64,000 nt of DNA from Candidatus Latescibacterota bacterium (GCA_965116875.1 OZ220733.1:2176001-2240000), one strand, 5' to 3'. Positions 48,501-58,879 are shown, counted from the first letter of the stretch. The notes: generated from the sequence alone by a model not told the origin. Numbers and translations are program-made.

Positions 48501-49535
48501 CTATGACCGCGGGGACGAACCCTGCTTCCAGCCCTCTTCGTCCACGTCCAGGCGTTTCAGCAGGGGTTCCCACCATGCGCGGTTGTCCGTGTACCAGAGT
48601 ACAGTCTCTTTGAATCCGCGTTCAAATGAAACTTCCGGACGCCAACCGAGTTGCGTGCGCAGCTTGTTCGAGTCGAGAAGGTATCTTCGGTCGTGTCCGG
48701 GGCGGTCCGGAACGTAGACCTTGTGGGATCCGTCCAGCCCGAGCACGTCCAGAATCGAATCTGCAATCGTCTCCACGTCCACCTCAACGCCGCTCCCAAC
48801 GTTGTACGTCTCCCCGATGGTACCCCTCTTCAGGATCAGGTCGATTGCCCGGCAGTGGTCCTCCACGTGCAGCCACTCCCGCTTGTTCCGGCTGCTCTTG
48901 TAGAGCGTCATCTTCTTTCCGTCGAGCAGGTGCGTGACGAACAGCGGGATTACCTTTTCCGGGAATTGATACGGCCCGTAGTTGTTCGCGCAATTGGAAA
49001 TCGTAACCGGCAGCCCGAACGTGAGATGGAACGCCCGGACCGCCAGATCGGCCGCGGCTTTCGATGCGTTGTACGGCGTACGCGGCTGATATGGGTCGGT
49101 CTCCGAAAAGCTCGCTTCAGAGTCCAGCGGCAGGTCCCCGTAGACCTCGCAGGTGGAAATGTGGTGGAACCTGGGCACTCCGGCGTCGTGAGCCGCCCTC
49201 AGGAGGCGCTGGGTCCCCAGCACGTTGGTTTCGAAGAAGACGTCGGGATTGACAACCGCCCGGCTGTTGTGCGACTCGGCGGCGAAATTCACGATGCAGT
49301 CCGGCTTGTGCCGTTCGAGAAGGTCCCGCGTCAGCCTGTAGTCGCCGATATCCCCCTGAACGAACTCGTACCTGCCGGCACAGGCTCCGGCAACGTCGGC
49401 CAGGTTTTCCGGAATCCCCGCGTACGTGAGCAGATCGTAATTAACGACGGTGTCGTCCGGGTACCTGGACAGCCAGTACCGTATGAAGTTCGATCCGATG
49501 AACCCTGCCCCGCCCGTCACGAATATCCCGCCCAT
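48501..49535 (-). CDS. rfbB: dTDP-glucose 4,6-dehydratase
   Basis: TGGAGFIGSNF, LTYAG, AAESH, PYNASK, NNYGPYQFPEKVIP, DRPGHDRRY. Confidence 0.94.
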   Translation of the reverse strand: MGGIFVTGGAGFIGSNFIRYWLSRYPDDTVVNYDLLTYAGIPENLADVAGACAGRYEFVQGDIGDYRLTRDLLERHKPDCIVNFAAESHNSRAVVNPDVFFETNVLGTQRLLRAAHDAGVPRFHHISTCEVYGDLPLDSEASFSETDPYQPRTPYNASKAAADLAVRAFHLTFGLPVTISNCANNYGPYQFPEKVIPLFVTHLLDGKKMTLYKSSRNKREWLHVEDHCRAIDLILKRGTIGETYNVGSGVEVDVETIADSILDVLGLDGSHKVYVPDRPGHDRRYLLDSNKLRTQLGWRPEVSFERGFKETVLWYTDNRAWWEPLLKRLDVDEEGWKQGSSPRS

Positions 49536-49544
49536 ATTGTACCC

Positions 49545-50522
49545 CTATAAGAACAAGATCCCGGTTAACGCCAGGTACGCGCCGTATATCGCAAGCAACA
49601 CGACTCCCTCGATCCGGGTCAGCCGGTGCCCCGTGCGCATCATGATGAGCATCGCGAAAACGATCACCAGCATCGCCGGGAATGAAAAGTGGATTACCTT
49701 TTGCGTCACCACGAGCGGATTGACCACCGCGGATGCGCCGGCGATCCAGCAGATATTCAGGATATCCGCTCCCAGGATATTGCCGACCACGATCTCGCCG
49801 TGCCCTCTCCTGGCGGCCGTGACCCCGGTGGCGATCTCAGGCAACGACGTGCCAATGGCAATCACCGTGAGCGCAATCACCGCTTCGCTGACGTCCAACG
49901 CCTTGGCGATGACCACGGCGGATTCCACGATAAAATGACTTGAAATCAGCACCCCCACCAGTCCCACGCAGAACCAGAGCATCAATGTCCCGAGACCTCG
50001 ACCCTCGATGGACGCCTCGATCTCCTTGAGATCCTCCATCCGGTTCCCTTCAGCCTCGGATGAACGACTGCGTGTGACGTAGGTAAAGACCGTGTACGCC
50101 ACGAAGAGCAGGAGCAGCACGCCGCCCTCGATCCGGTCCAGCGTGCCGTCGAACGCCATCCCGTAAGCCGCCAGATCTACGACGACCAGAAAGATTCCCG
50201 TCGTCCACAGCAGATACGGATTGATGAGGATGGGCGACCCGGCCACGAGGACGCCCAGCGCGAGCGCGACGCCGTCGTCCACGATCACGGACCCGATGGC
50301 ATTGCCAAGCGCCATCTCGGGATGGCCCTCGAGTGCGGCGAGTACTGAAACCGCCAGTTCGGGTGAGGTCGTCGCTAGGCTCACCAGCACGATGCCGATC
50401 AGCATTTTCGGTACGTTCAGGAATTCGGCAATCCCTACGGCTCCGTCCACAAACCAGGACGCGCATTTGGAAAGCACCGCGAAACACACCGCAAGAACGC
50501 AGACTGCAACCGTTATACTCAT
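49545..50522 (-). CDS. Calcium/sodium antiporter (CaCA, YrbG-like)
   Basis: Two alpha repeats (ATTSPE...GNAIGS; GTSLPE...GNILGA). Confidence 0.9.
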   Translation of the reverse strand: MSITVAVCVLAVCFAVLSKCASWFVDGAVGIAEFLNVPKMLIGIVLVSLATTSPELAVSVLAALEGHPEMALGNAIGSVIVDDGVALALGVLVAGSPILINPYLLWTTGIFLVVVDLAAYGMAFDGTLDRIEGGVLLLLFVAYTVFTYVTRSRSSEAEGNRMEDLKEIEASIEGRGLGTLMLWFCVGLVGVLISSHFIVESAVVIAKALDVSEAVIALTVIAIGTSLPEIATGVTAARRGHGEIVVGNILGADILNICWIAGASAVVNPLVVTQKVIHFSFPAMLVIVFAMLIMMRTGHRLTRIEGVVLLAIYGAYLALTGILFL

Positions 50523-50607
50523 ATAAAACAATCCTTTATCAGTCTATACAGACGCTCGCCACCTGGCCGGCGCAGCGGGCTTCGACGGCCGTGGCGGAAC
50601 GCGCCGC

Positions 50608-52929
50608 TCATCTGCCGGCCACCCGCGCCACCCAGATGCTGAATTCGTAAAGCAGTACCAGCGGCAGCGCCATCATCAGCTGGGAGATTGGATCCGGCGG
50701 CGTGAGCAGCGCCGCCAGGACAAAGCCCACCACCACTGCATACCTCCTGCCGCGGCGCATCAGTTGCGCGGTCAGCAGGCCGATCCGGCTCAGGAAGAAC
50801 GCCGCCACCGGCAGTTCGAAAACGACACCGAAGGCAACCAGCAGCCTCAACACGAAACCGATGTAGAAGCCGATGTCGAACTGGGGTTCGACTCCGGTCC
50901 CTTCGCCGATCAGAATCAGGAATCGAAACGACAGCGGCACCACGCTCACGTAAGCGATAGCGCCCCCCAGAACAAAACAGATCGAGGATGAAAAGACGAT
51001 AAAAGATACGTACCGCCGCTCGGTTGTCAACAGACCCGGCGCAACGAAGATCCACAGTTGATACAGGAGAACCGGCAACGCCAGGACCGCACCGCCGACA
51101 AGGGCAATCTGAAGTTTGACGAGAAACATCCCCATCGGTTTCAGATAAATCAGCTTGACGGGCGGCTCAACGGGCGCCACCCCCAACAGCTTCATGACCG
51201 GGGTCGCCTCCCGGACCGGCAGCACGAGCCACCCGAGAATTTCGTCAGAAAATATCCCGCAGATTATTGCGCCGACAACAAGCGCCGCCAGCCCCTTCAG
51301 CAGGCGCCAGCGGAGTTCCTCCAGATGGTCCAGGAAGGGCATCGCGCTGTCGTCGGCGCCGGAAGACGGTTCCGGCGCGGGTTCCGCGGACGTGTCGGCG
51401 TCGGGGGGCAGAATGGAATGCTCTGCAACCACCGCGCGACGGCGGAAGGCCATCAATACCAGGACGGCGCCCAGGACCATGCAGATCTGCGCGAAAAGGT
51501 CTCCGTACCTCGTATAGAACGTCTTTGCGGTTCGCGGCGTGACTCCCTGCGTCAAAACTGCCGGATGGAAGATCCCCGTTGTCCCCGACTTCCGTCCCCA
51601 GGCGTCGATAAACGTGGAAACGCCCGTGTTCGCGCAGCGTACCACGGCCCGCCGGTTCTCGATGGCGCGAAACACCGCGGCCTCGGCATGCTGATAGGGT
51701 CCGGAGGTTCGGCCAAACCAGCCATCGTTGGTGATGATCACCAGGAATTCAGCGCCCCGGTCCACAAATGACCTGACGAACCCCGGAAAGACCGAATCGT
51801 AACAGATCAACGCGGAAAACCGGGCGTCGGGACCGTCGAAGACCGTACGGGTCTCTCCGGAGTCCCAGTTGCCCCCAACGAATCCGCCCCCGGTGAACCG
51901 GATTTTTCGCAGGAAAGGGAGTATTGCCGGGAACGGCGCCCGTTCGCCGAAGGGCACCAGGCGAGTCTTGTCGTAGTATCCGGAGATCCCTTTTCCGGGC
52001 ACGAACAGAAAAGAGGAGTTGAACACCTTCACCGGGTCGCCGGCTTCCAGTCTGTACGCGCCCGTGTAGAGGTAGATCCCGAGCGAGTCCACCATTGCCT
52101 GCACCCGCTCGCGGTGGCGCCGGTACAGTTCTCCCTCAAGATAGCCGACCGCTGTCTCGGGCCACACCACAAGCCGTGCCCCCTGGCCCGCGGCTTCCGC
52201 GGTCATTGGCTTCAGTTTGCCGAAATTGTAGTCAAATCCCCGGTATTCCTTGGCCACCGGCGGCATATCCGGCTGGACCAGGCCCACCGCCACGGCCTGT
52301 TCGTCCGGAACGTTCTTCAGCGCCAGGTACCCGTTCGCCGCCGGTCCCGCGAAAAGTACGGCCAATGCGGCTGCCCACACCCGGCGCCGCGCCCGGTTTC
52401 TCCAGAGCATCATGATGCTCAGATTGACAAGCACAATCCAGAACGATACCCCGTACACGCCCGTCACTTCCGCATACTGGATCAGCCACAGATAAGCGGT
52501 CTGCGAGTTTCCCAGCACCACCCAGGGAAACCCCATGTCGCCCAGAGAGTTGAAATACTCGAACCCCACCCAGAGGAACGGCGCGCTCCACGTCCCCGCA
52601 GTGCCGTACCGCCTGACGACGTGGGCGAACGTCCACAGGAACAGACCGCGGAACAGGGACATGTAAATCGCCGCCCCGGCCATGCCCGGCGGCGTGACTG
52701 ATCCGATCCAATAGAGTGTCGTTCCGTAGAAAAAGATCCCCTGGACGAACCCGGCGCCGAAGGCCGCCCGGCCGCGCAGCCGTTCCGCGGAGACCAGCAA
52801 CGGGACCAGCGCGACGTAAGACAGGAAGCCGAGAGGCAGCGGCGGAAACGCCGCGCCGAGGACAAGGCCCGAGACCGCCGGAAACAACGCCAACCATTTC
52901 CAGTCCATACCCTGTCGTGCCTCGGTCAT
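50608..52929 (-). CDS. lnt-tatC: Apolipoprotein N-acyltransferase (Lnt) - TatC fusion protein
   Basis: aa ~8-497 are Lnt (GFPW, VWPET, YDKTRLVPFGE, ICYD, TNDGWF, RAIENRR, ANTGVS, TFYTRYGD). aa 530-773 are TatC (MPFLDHLEELR, YQLWIFVAPGL...ER, FELPV, LTPPDPISQ, LLYE). One uninterrupted frame. Confidence 0.9.
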   Translation of the reverse strand: MTEARQGMDWKWLALFPAVSGLVLGAAFPPLPLGFLSYVALVPLLVSAERLRGRAAFGAGFVQGIFFYGTTLYWIGSVTPPGMAGAAIYMSLFRGLFLWTFAHVVRRYGTAGTWSAPFLWVGFEYFNSLGDMGFPWVVLGNSQTAYLWLIQYAEVTGVYGVSFWIVLVNLSIMMLWRNRARRRVWAAALAVLFAGPAANGYLALKNVPDEQAVAVGLVQPDMPPVAKEYRGFDYNFGKLKPMTAEAAGQGARLVVWPETAVGYLEGELYRRHRERVQAMVDSLGIYLYTGAYRLEAGDPVKVFNSSFLFVPGKGISGYYDKTRLVPFGERAPFPAILPFLRKIRFTGGGFVGGNWDSGETRTVFDGPDARFSALICYDSVFPGFVRSFVDRGAEFLVIITNDGWFGRTSGPYQHAEAAVFRAIENRRAVVRCANTGVSTFIDAWGRKSGTTGIFHPAVLTQGVTPRTAKTFYTRYGDLFAQICMVLGAVLVLMAFRRRAVVAEHSILPPDADTSAEPAPEPSSGADDSAMPFLDHLEELRWRLLKGLAALVVGAIICGIFSDEILGWLVLPVREATPVMKLLGVAPVEPPVKLIYLKPMGMFLVKLQIALVGGAVLALPVLLYQLWIFVAPGLLTTERRYVSFIVFSSSICFVLGGAIAYVSVVPLSFRFLILIGEGTGVEPQFDIGFYIGFVLRLLVAFGVVFELPVAAFFLSRIGLLTAQLMRRGRRYAVVVGFVLAALLTPPDPISQLMMALPLVLLYEFSIWVARVAGR

Positions 52930-53074
52930 CGTGCCGGTTCCTCCGAACCCGTCCGCCGGGATTTCACCTGCCCCGGCTTCACGATTCAGGTTGGACGAAA
53001 GAAAAACCGGTTGGACGCAAGCAGTGAGTCCCGCAAACCGGTCTGATTGAACCCCGCCCCATTATCAAAGACAG

Positions 53075-53156
53075 AATATACGCGAACGAACCCTGTTGTC
53101 AAACCAGTACCATTCACGCTCACCCGCTTGACAAGCCAGGGGGATTTCCATAATTT
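53075..53156. promoter_or_regulatory. Back-to-back divergent sigma70 promoters (lnt-tatC / bioF)
   Basis: Minus strand TTGACA-16-TATATT; plus strand TTGACA-17-TAATTT. Confidence 0.45.
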
Positions 53157-53206
53157 CCGTCCACCTTTCATCCCCGTTGCGCACGTAATTCATCGGTATC
53201 CTGACA

Positions 53207-54370
53207 GTGCTTCCCCATCTCGACACGGAGCTGGACAGTCTCAGATCCCGCGGGCTCCATCGCAGCCTCCGCCTCGTGGAGGGTGCGCAGGGTCCCAGGG
53301 TCCGAATCGACGGCAAAGAACGCCTCCTTTTCTGTTCCAACAACTACCTCGGGCTTGCAAACCACCCGGCGCTCAAGGACGGCGCGGACGCTGCCCTGCG
53401 TTCGTACGGATTGAGCGCGGCGGCCTCCCGGCTTATTTCCGGAAACATGGAACCCCACCGGATACTGGAACACCGGATGGCGCGTTTCCTGGGTACGGAA
53501 TCCGCACTCTGCTTTCCCACCGGGTACATGGCGAACCTCGGCGCCGTGAGCGCACTCATCGGCGCGGAAGACGCGATTTTCAGCGACCGTCTGAACCATC
53601 GCAGCATTATCGACGCGTGCCGGATCTCCCGGGCGAGGACCTTCGTCTATCGCCACCGGGACGTGGACCATCTGGACGGATTGCTCCGGACAGAACGCGA
53701 GTACCGGCGACGGCTGATCGTCAGCGACGGGTTGTTCAGCATGGACGGAGACCTTGCCCCCCTTCCCGGGCTCGTGGACGCCGCGAACCGGCACAACGCC
53801 ATCCTGATGGTGGATGACGCCCACGGAACCGGGGTCCTGGGCGCTTGCGGCCGTGGGATTCACGAACACTTCGGCATCACTCAGGGTGTCGACGTTCTGA
53901 CAACGTCCGGCAGCAAGGCCCTTGGCGCGTACGGAGGATTCGTCGCCGGGAACGCGGAACTCGTCGACCTGCTGATCAATCGCGCCGCGGCCTTCATCTA
54001 CACCTCGGCCCTGCCGCCCGACGCCTGCGCGGCCGCCACGGCCGCACTGGGGATTGTCGAAAACCGTCCGGATCTCCGTGAAGACCTCCGGCATAACGTC
54101 AAGACCGTACAGGATACCCTGAACAACTTGGGATTCGATACCATGGACTCCCAATCCCAGATTGTTCCGGTCCTTATCGGTGACGCGGCGCGTACCATGG
54201 CGATTTCGGACCATCTCTTCGAGGAGGGCATCTATCTCAGCGGCATCCGGCCGCCAACCGTTCCCGATGGCGAGAGCCGCCTCCGGCTCACGCTCATGGC
54301 CGACCACAGCGAGGAAGACATCAACCTCCTCATCCAGGCGATGGCAGATGTCCGTGCGGCCTTCTATTAA
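53207..54370 (+). CDS. bioF: 8-amino-7-oxononanoate synthase
   Basis: FCSNNYLGLA, ASRLISG, TGYMAN, DRLNH.S, FSMDGD, DDAHG, SKALG, GIRPPTVP. Confidence 0.88.
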   Translation: MLPHLDTELDSLRSRGLHRSLRLVEGAQGPRVRIDGKERLLFCSNNYLGLANHPALKDGADAALRSYGLSAAASRLISGNMEPHRILEHRMARFLGTESALCFPTGYMANLGAVSALIGAEDAIFSDRLNHRSIIDACRISRARTFVYRHRDVDHLDGLLRTEREYRRRLIVSDGLFSMDGDLAPLPGLVDAANRHNAILMVDDAHGTGVLGACGRGIHEHFGITQGVDVLTTSGSKALGAYGGFVAGNAELVDLLINRAAAFIYTSALPPDACAAATAALGIVENRPDLREDLRHNVKTVQDTLNNLGFDTMDSQSQIVPVLIGDAARTMAISDHLFEEGIYLSGIRPPTVPDGESRLRLTLMADHSEEDINLLIQAMADVRAAFY

Positions 54371-55562
54371 TCTTCTCGCCTGCTTTTTCGCCCTGCACCT
54401 CGTTCCGGCGCCCGCGAACACGGCATCCCTGATCGGCACGGTACGGGACAGCGTGACGCGCGCGCCGTTGCCGTACGCCACGGTCGTTCTGCCGGAACTC
54501 GGACGGGGAGATCTCACCGACCTCTACGGACGCTTCGCGGTTTCAGATCTTCCGACGGGCCCCGTACGCATCCGGATCTCATATGTCGGCTATCGAACGG
54601 TGTCACGCGAGATTGCCTTACGTGAGGCCGCGGATCGAGGACCGGACATCCTGCTCCCCCCGACTCCGGTGACCCTCAAGTCCCACGTTGACATGCCGCG
54701 CCCATCTCTCGAGACCCTTCTGGAAAAAATCGGTCGGGAACCCCGTGAAAACGTCTTCCACGCGCGCTACGCGGACCTCCTGTCCTATCGATTCGCTTTG
54801 AACGGGATCCAGACCCTGTACGCCGACACCCGGGCAGGCACTCACGTCCTGGCGCGGATCGAATACGACGGTCGGGGATTTTATCGGAACCCCGGGAAGA
54901 TCGTCCAGGACATCACGGCGTACCGGTCGCGTCACGCGCCGGCGCAGCAATTCGGCATGCATCCCGGCGTCATCGTCAATATCCGCAGCGGACGACTCAA
55001 CGGCCGTGATTTCGACGTGGGTCCTCTGCCGCTGGAGACGGACGCCAGGAGGGATTACCGCTATCGTCTGGTCAGCACCGTGCAGATGGGAGACGTGGCG
55101 GTACACAAGATTCACGTTGAACCGAAGAAAAAAAGACGCCCCGGACTTGAGGGTGCGATCTGGATATCCGCGAACGACCTCTCGCTGGTGGGCTACGACC
55201 TGCGCCTGAACAAGAGGGTCCGGGGTACGCTCGGCGTCAGGGAACTGCGCACCTATCAGCAGAACGCGCTGTACTACGACCGATACTGGCTGCCGGTTCT
55301 GCAGACCGTGCGCATTACCACCGACTCGGGCGCCATGGCCGAACAGACCACGCGCATCGGCGGCTATGCCCTGAACCCCGCACTACACGACTCCCTCTTC
55401 AAGCGGGACGCTTTTTCGATGCGTCGAGACGCCACCCGGCGAGGCGCAGCCTATTGGGAAGCCCGCGCCGACAGCCTGGAGACCGCGAAGCGGCGGGCAG
55501 TGAAGATGCTGCTGGAAACCAATACCGTTCCCCAGGGGTGGAAACGCCTGTTGAGTCAATAG
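54348..55562 (+). CDS. Exported protein with carboxypeptidase-regulatory-like domain and DUF5686-like region
   Basis: Signal peptide; GTVRDSVT..PLPYATV...TD..G.F...ISYVGY. Confidence 0.75.
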   Translation: MSVRPSINLLACFFALHLVPAPANTASLIGTVRDSVTRAPLPYATVVLPELGRGDLTDLYGRFAVSDLPTGPVRIRISYVGYRTVSREIALREAADRGPDILLPPTPVTLKSHVDMPRPSLETLLEKIGREPRENVFHARYADLLSYRFALNGIQTLYADTRAGTHVLARIEYDGRGFYRNPGKIVQDITAYRSRHAPAQQFGMHPGVIVNIRSGRLNGRDFDVGPLPLETDARRDYRYRLVSTVQMGDVAVHKIHVEPKKKRRPGLEGAIWISANDLSLVGYDLRLNKRVRGTLGVRELRTYQQNALYYDRYWLPVLQTVRITTDSGAMAEQTTRIGGYALNPALHDSLFKRDAFSMRRDATRRGAAYWEARADSLETAKRRAVKMLLETNTVPQGWKRLLSQ

Positions 55563-55585
55563 CGGACGGGCGAAAGGAGCAACAG

Positions 55586-56347
55586 ATGTTGCAAAAGACG
55601 ACCGCACCGGAATCGCTCAACCGTATCCGCGTTGTCCTGGCGGGCGCAAAGGAGCCCGGCAACATCGGGTCTGTGGCTCGCGCCATGAAGAACATGGGGC
55701 TCTCGAGGCTCTACCTCGTGGATCCGCCGGACCATACCTGCGGCGACGCTCGAAAGATGGCCCATGGCTCAGGCGACGTGCTCTACGGCGCCACCGTATG
55801 CGAATCGCTCGAAGAGGCCCTGTCGGGAACGGTACTCTCGGTGGGGACGACTCACCGGAAACGGGAGCACTTCGACGTCCTGTACGGCCCGCGGCACGCG
55901 GCGGAAAAGCTGGTCTCCCTGCCCCGTGACGAGGAAGCCGCCCTCGTTTTCGGCCGCGAGGAAAACGGCCTGACCAACAACGAACTGGGCCTTTGCAGCA
56001 TCATCGCCAATATCCCCACCGCACATAGATATCCCTCGCTGAACCTCTCTCAGGCCGTCCTCATCTTCGGATATGAACTCTACCGCGCGGCGGCGACGCC
56101 GGGCGAGCAACCGGAACTGGATCTGCCGACGTTTGAAGAGATGGAATCGCTCTACGCCCACGTCGACTCCGCGCTGGACAAGCTGGGCTTCCCCGCCGAC
56201 TACATGCCCAAGGCCTTCCCCCGGTCCATCCGCCGCCTCTTCGGCCGCACGTCCATGGATCGTCGGGACGTTGCCACGCTGCACAGAATCTTCCGCCAGA
56301 TCGACAAGTTCGTCGCCGTACATAAATCGAACGCGGAATCCGGATGA
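55586..56347 (+). CDS. trmJ: SPOUT RNA methyltransferase, TrmJ/LasT family
   Basis: PGNIGSVARAMKNMG, VFGREENGLTN.EL, SLNLSQAV; AAGGAG RBS. Confidence 0.88.
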   Translation: MLQKTTAPESLNRIRVVLAGAKEPGNIGSVARAMKNMGLSRLYLVDPPDHTCGDARKMAHGSGDVLYGATVCESLEEALSGTVLSVGTTHRKREHFDVLYGPRHAAEKLVSLPRDEEAALVFGREENGLTNNELGLCSIIANIPTAHRYPSLNLSQAVLIFGYELYRAAATPGEQPELDLPTFEEMESLYAHVDSALDKLGFPADYMPKAFPRSIRRLFGRTSMDRRDVATLHRIFRQIDKFVAVHKSNAESG

Positions 56348-56439
56348 TCCCGCGTCCCAATGCGTGCTCCCCATGTGCTCCGGATTCCCTTGGGCAACCG
56401 AATGCATGCTGCTCCGTTACGCAGTCGCCCGATTCTCCG

Positions 56440-56934
56440 CTATTTCCCCACCGCCCTGCTGCGCCGTTCCATCAGGACAACGTCCCGCCAGATTCCGTTC
56501 AGCTTCCCCAGTCGCTCCTGCCTGCCGACCTCCCGGAACCCGAACGCCTTCTGGAGCGCAATGCTGGCGGCGTTTTCAGGAAACACCCCGCCCTGAAGGG
56601 TCCAGATTCCTTCGCGCTCCGATGCGTCGACGAGTTCCGCCATGAGGGCCTTGCCCACCCCTCTTCCCCTGAAGCGGGATCCCACGTACACGCTGACTTC
56701 CGCGACGCCCGAGTGGACGCACCGGCTCGAGACCGGACTCAGAGCGGCCCAACCTGCAATCTCTCCCTCTACCCGTGCGACAATTCTGCATGCTTCCAGA
56801 TGGCTCCTGCCCCAGGCGTTCCAATCAGGGACTTCCGTGTCGAACGACGCGTGTCCCGTGGCGATGCCTTCCTCGAGAATCCGGCGCACCGCCTCCCAGT
56901 CTTCCGGAATCATTGGCATGACAATCGGTTCCAT
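56440..56934 (-). CDS. GNAT N-acetyltransferase (phosphinothricin acetyltransferase/YncA-like)
   Basis: GIATGHASFD, AEVSVYV, RGRGVG, FPENAASIAL, GIWRDV. Confidence 0.9.
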   Translation of the reverse strand: MEPIVMPMIPEDWEAVRRILEEGIATGHASFDTEVPDWNAWGRSHLEACRIVARVEGEIAGWAALSPVSSRCVHSGVAEVSVYVGSRFRGRGVGKALMAELVDASEREGIWTLQGGVFPENAASIALQKAFGFREVGRQERLGKLNGIWRDVVLMERRSRAVGK

Positions 56935-56959
56935 CGTCGGATTTCCCATCGCGTGAGAA

Positions 56960-57802
56960 TTAAAGAAGATCCGGAAGGTACCTGAAAAGATGCGTCTGCC
57001 ACTGCGACAGAGGGCTCCTGCCCGTCCGCCGGTAGAATGCCAGAGAATCCCGCGCATTCATGGCCTGGGAGCGTCGCAACGGATTGCAGAATTCGTATCC
57101 CAATCCTCCTTTGGTCTCTTCTCTCGCATACACCTTCAGGCAGTTCAGAAGGTCCGTTCGCCGGAGGTCGAAAGGAACGCACGCACTTCTGGCCAGGATT
57201 CCCTCGTGGAAAAACCCGGGGACGTCGCGTTCCAGCCGTGCAATCCTCCGTCTGCCGTATTGATATGAAATGCTCAGGAAGACCCGACCGCCGTCGCGCA
57301 GAAAGTCCCTGGCGCCCCGCAGGACGGTCCGTCTATATCCGAATCCGTCATCATCTTCGCTCGAGATCGGGTTGGCGATCAGGAAATCCGCGCGCCCCTT
57401 GAGCGATTCAAGAAAACGCCTGTCCCCATCCTCGAACGGCGAATATGAATCGGACTGCAGGAAAGCCGCCTTGTCTTCGACGCCGTTCAGTCTGGCGTTC
57501 CGCCTGGCGACGGATACGTTGATTTCGTCGATTTCCAGCCCGACAACGCGGGTTACCCCGGGTGTCCGTGCGGCCAGGATGGACAGGCAGCCGCCGCCGC
57601 TTCCCCAGTCGATGCCGATTCCTTCGAGCAGACGTCCATGGCCGGCGATCGCCTCAACGGAAATCATACTGGCCGGCGTGATGGGTGTCGTACCCGGTGG
57701 ATGCGTGAGCGTGATCTCGCCAAGCCCACCCGTGACCTCGTCTCCCAGCGTCGTCTCATTGCGCTTCGCCATCGATTCCATCCCCCATGTGAATTCATCC
57801 AT
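56960..57802 (-). CDS. Class I SAM-dependent methyltransferase (PrmC/HemK-like); start may be 57772
   Basis: IDWGSGGG, GLEID, ARRNARLNG, LIANP. Confidence 0.8.
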   Translation of the reverse strand: MDEFTWGMESMAKRNETTLGDEVTGGLGEITLTHPPGTTPITPASMISVEAIAGHGRLLEGIGIDWGSGGGCLSILAARTPGVTRVVGLEIDEINVSVARRNARLNGVEDKAAFLQSDSYSPFEDGDRRFLESLKGRADFLIANPISSEDDDGFGYRRTVLRGARDFLRDGGRVFLSISYQYGRRRIARLERDVPGFFHEGILARSACVPFDLRRTDLLNCLKVYAREETKGGLGYEFCNPLRRSQAMNARDSLAFYRRTGRSPLSQWQTHLFRYLPDLL

Positions 57803-57819
57803 TTGCAGTCAGATTTCGC

Positions 57820-58212
57820 CTAACCCACGGTACCGTCGTCTCGGCGATGGATGCAGAGCAGGTTCCCCCACGGGTCCTTGATCCAGGCCATCCGGCAGCT
57901 TCCGCTATCGGCAGGCTCCATCACAATCCTGACGCCCTTCTCGCGGAGCTCGTCCACCGCCTCGTCCACGTCGTCCACCGCGAGCGCAATCCCGGCTCGT
58001 CCCGCCTCCTCGTCCCACCGCACCAGAGCGAGGCTGACGGGACGCGTATCGAACTCCGTCCACGTGTCCTGCCTTCCGTCCCCCTTGATCACCCCGTCGT
58101 TGATGAAATCCTGATCCAGCCCCAACACGTCCCGGTAGAAACGAACCGCTTCTCTCGTATCGGTCACGTGGGAAATTACGAAATCGATCGCTTTCACTTT
58201 CACGGATCGCAT
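57820..58212 (-). CDS. VOC / glyoxalase family protein
   Basis: AVRFYRDVLGL, VDDVD.A..EL..KGV, DPWGN. Confidence 0.88.
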   Translation of the reverse strand: MRSVKVKAIDFVISHVTDTREAVRFYRDVLGLDQDFINDGVIKGDGRQDTWTEFDTRPVSLALVRWDEEAGRAGIALAVDDVDEAVDELREKGVRIVMEPADSGSCRMAWIKDPWGNLLCIHRRDDGTVG

Positions 58213-58254
58213 CCTCCTCCCGAGGCATTGCATATCGCAGTACTCAGGCATTCC

Positions 58255-58737
58255 TCAACTGTTCCGTTTCTTTTCCATGATGATGACGTCACGTACGATC
58301 CCGCAGGGCAACCGTTCCGGAGACCGGCCTGCCTCGGTATATCCGTGGGCACGATAAAAGCAAGGCGCTGCAACGTTGTATTACGTATAACACAGCCGGG
58401 AGGTGTGATGTCCGGCGAGTAGAATCTCCTCCTCGGCCACCTGCAACAGCATACTCCCGATTCCGCGCATCTGGAAAGAGGGATGGACCCACAGATCGGC
58501 GACTTCGCAACCGTCGGCGCTCGTCAGACCCAGGATTCGTGTCCCCTGTTCCGCAACCGTGACCTCAGGCCAGATTTCCGGATACCGCGTCCGTTCGAAA
58601 TCATCCTCGAACCAATCGCGCACAGCCTCGATCGGCGCCAGTTCGCAGTTTCCCGAAAGCCAGGACCACTGCGCCAGATCGACGAGCGCCGGTACGTCCG
58701 CCTCAACCGCACGACGGGTTGTAATAGCCAGTCTCAT
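58255..58737 (-). pseudogene. GNAT acetyltransferase interrupted by an in-frame TAA (58381-58383)
   Basis: LWVHPSFQMRGIG before the stop; the GNAT tail YNVAAPCFYRAHGY...IIMEK continues in the same frame after it. Confidence 0.8.
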
Positions 58738-58879
58738 TTCGTTTATTTCGAGAGGGATGGCAAACAGAAAACTTCCACACCGATGCCATACGCCACATGT
58801 CAAAGGCGGCGTTCGCACCCTGACACGATAACAGTTATCACTGCAATCTTCGTCTCAATACAAGACAACAAGAAAAGGA

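Noticed and set aside
47726-49535. rfbB/rfbC without rfbA/rfbD
   Set aside because: Split rml loci are common; the partners are probably elsewhere in the genome.
53096-53134. BirA operator upstream of bioF (TTGTCAA...TTGACAA)
   Set aside because: The spacer is much longer than the BirA consensus; better explained as two divergent -35 boxes.
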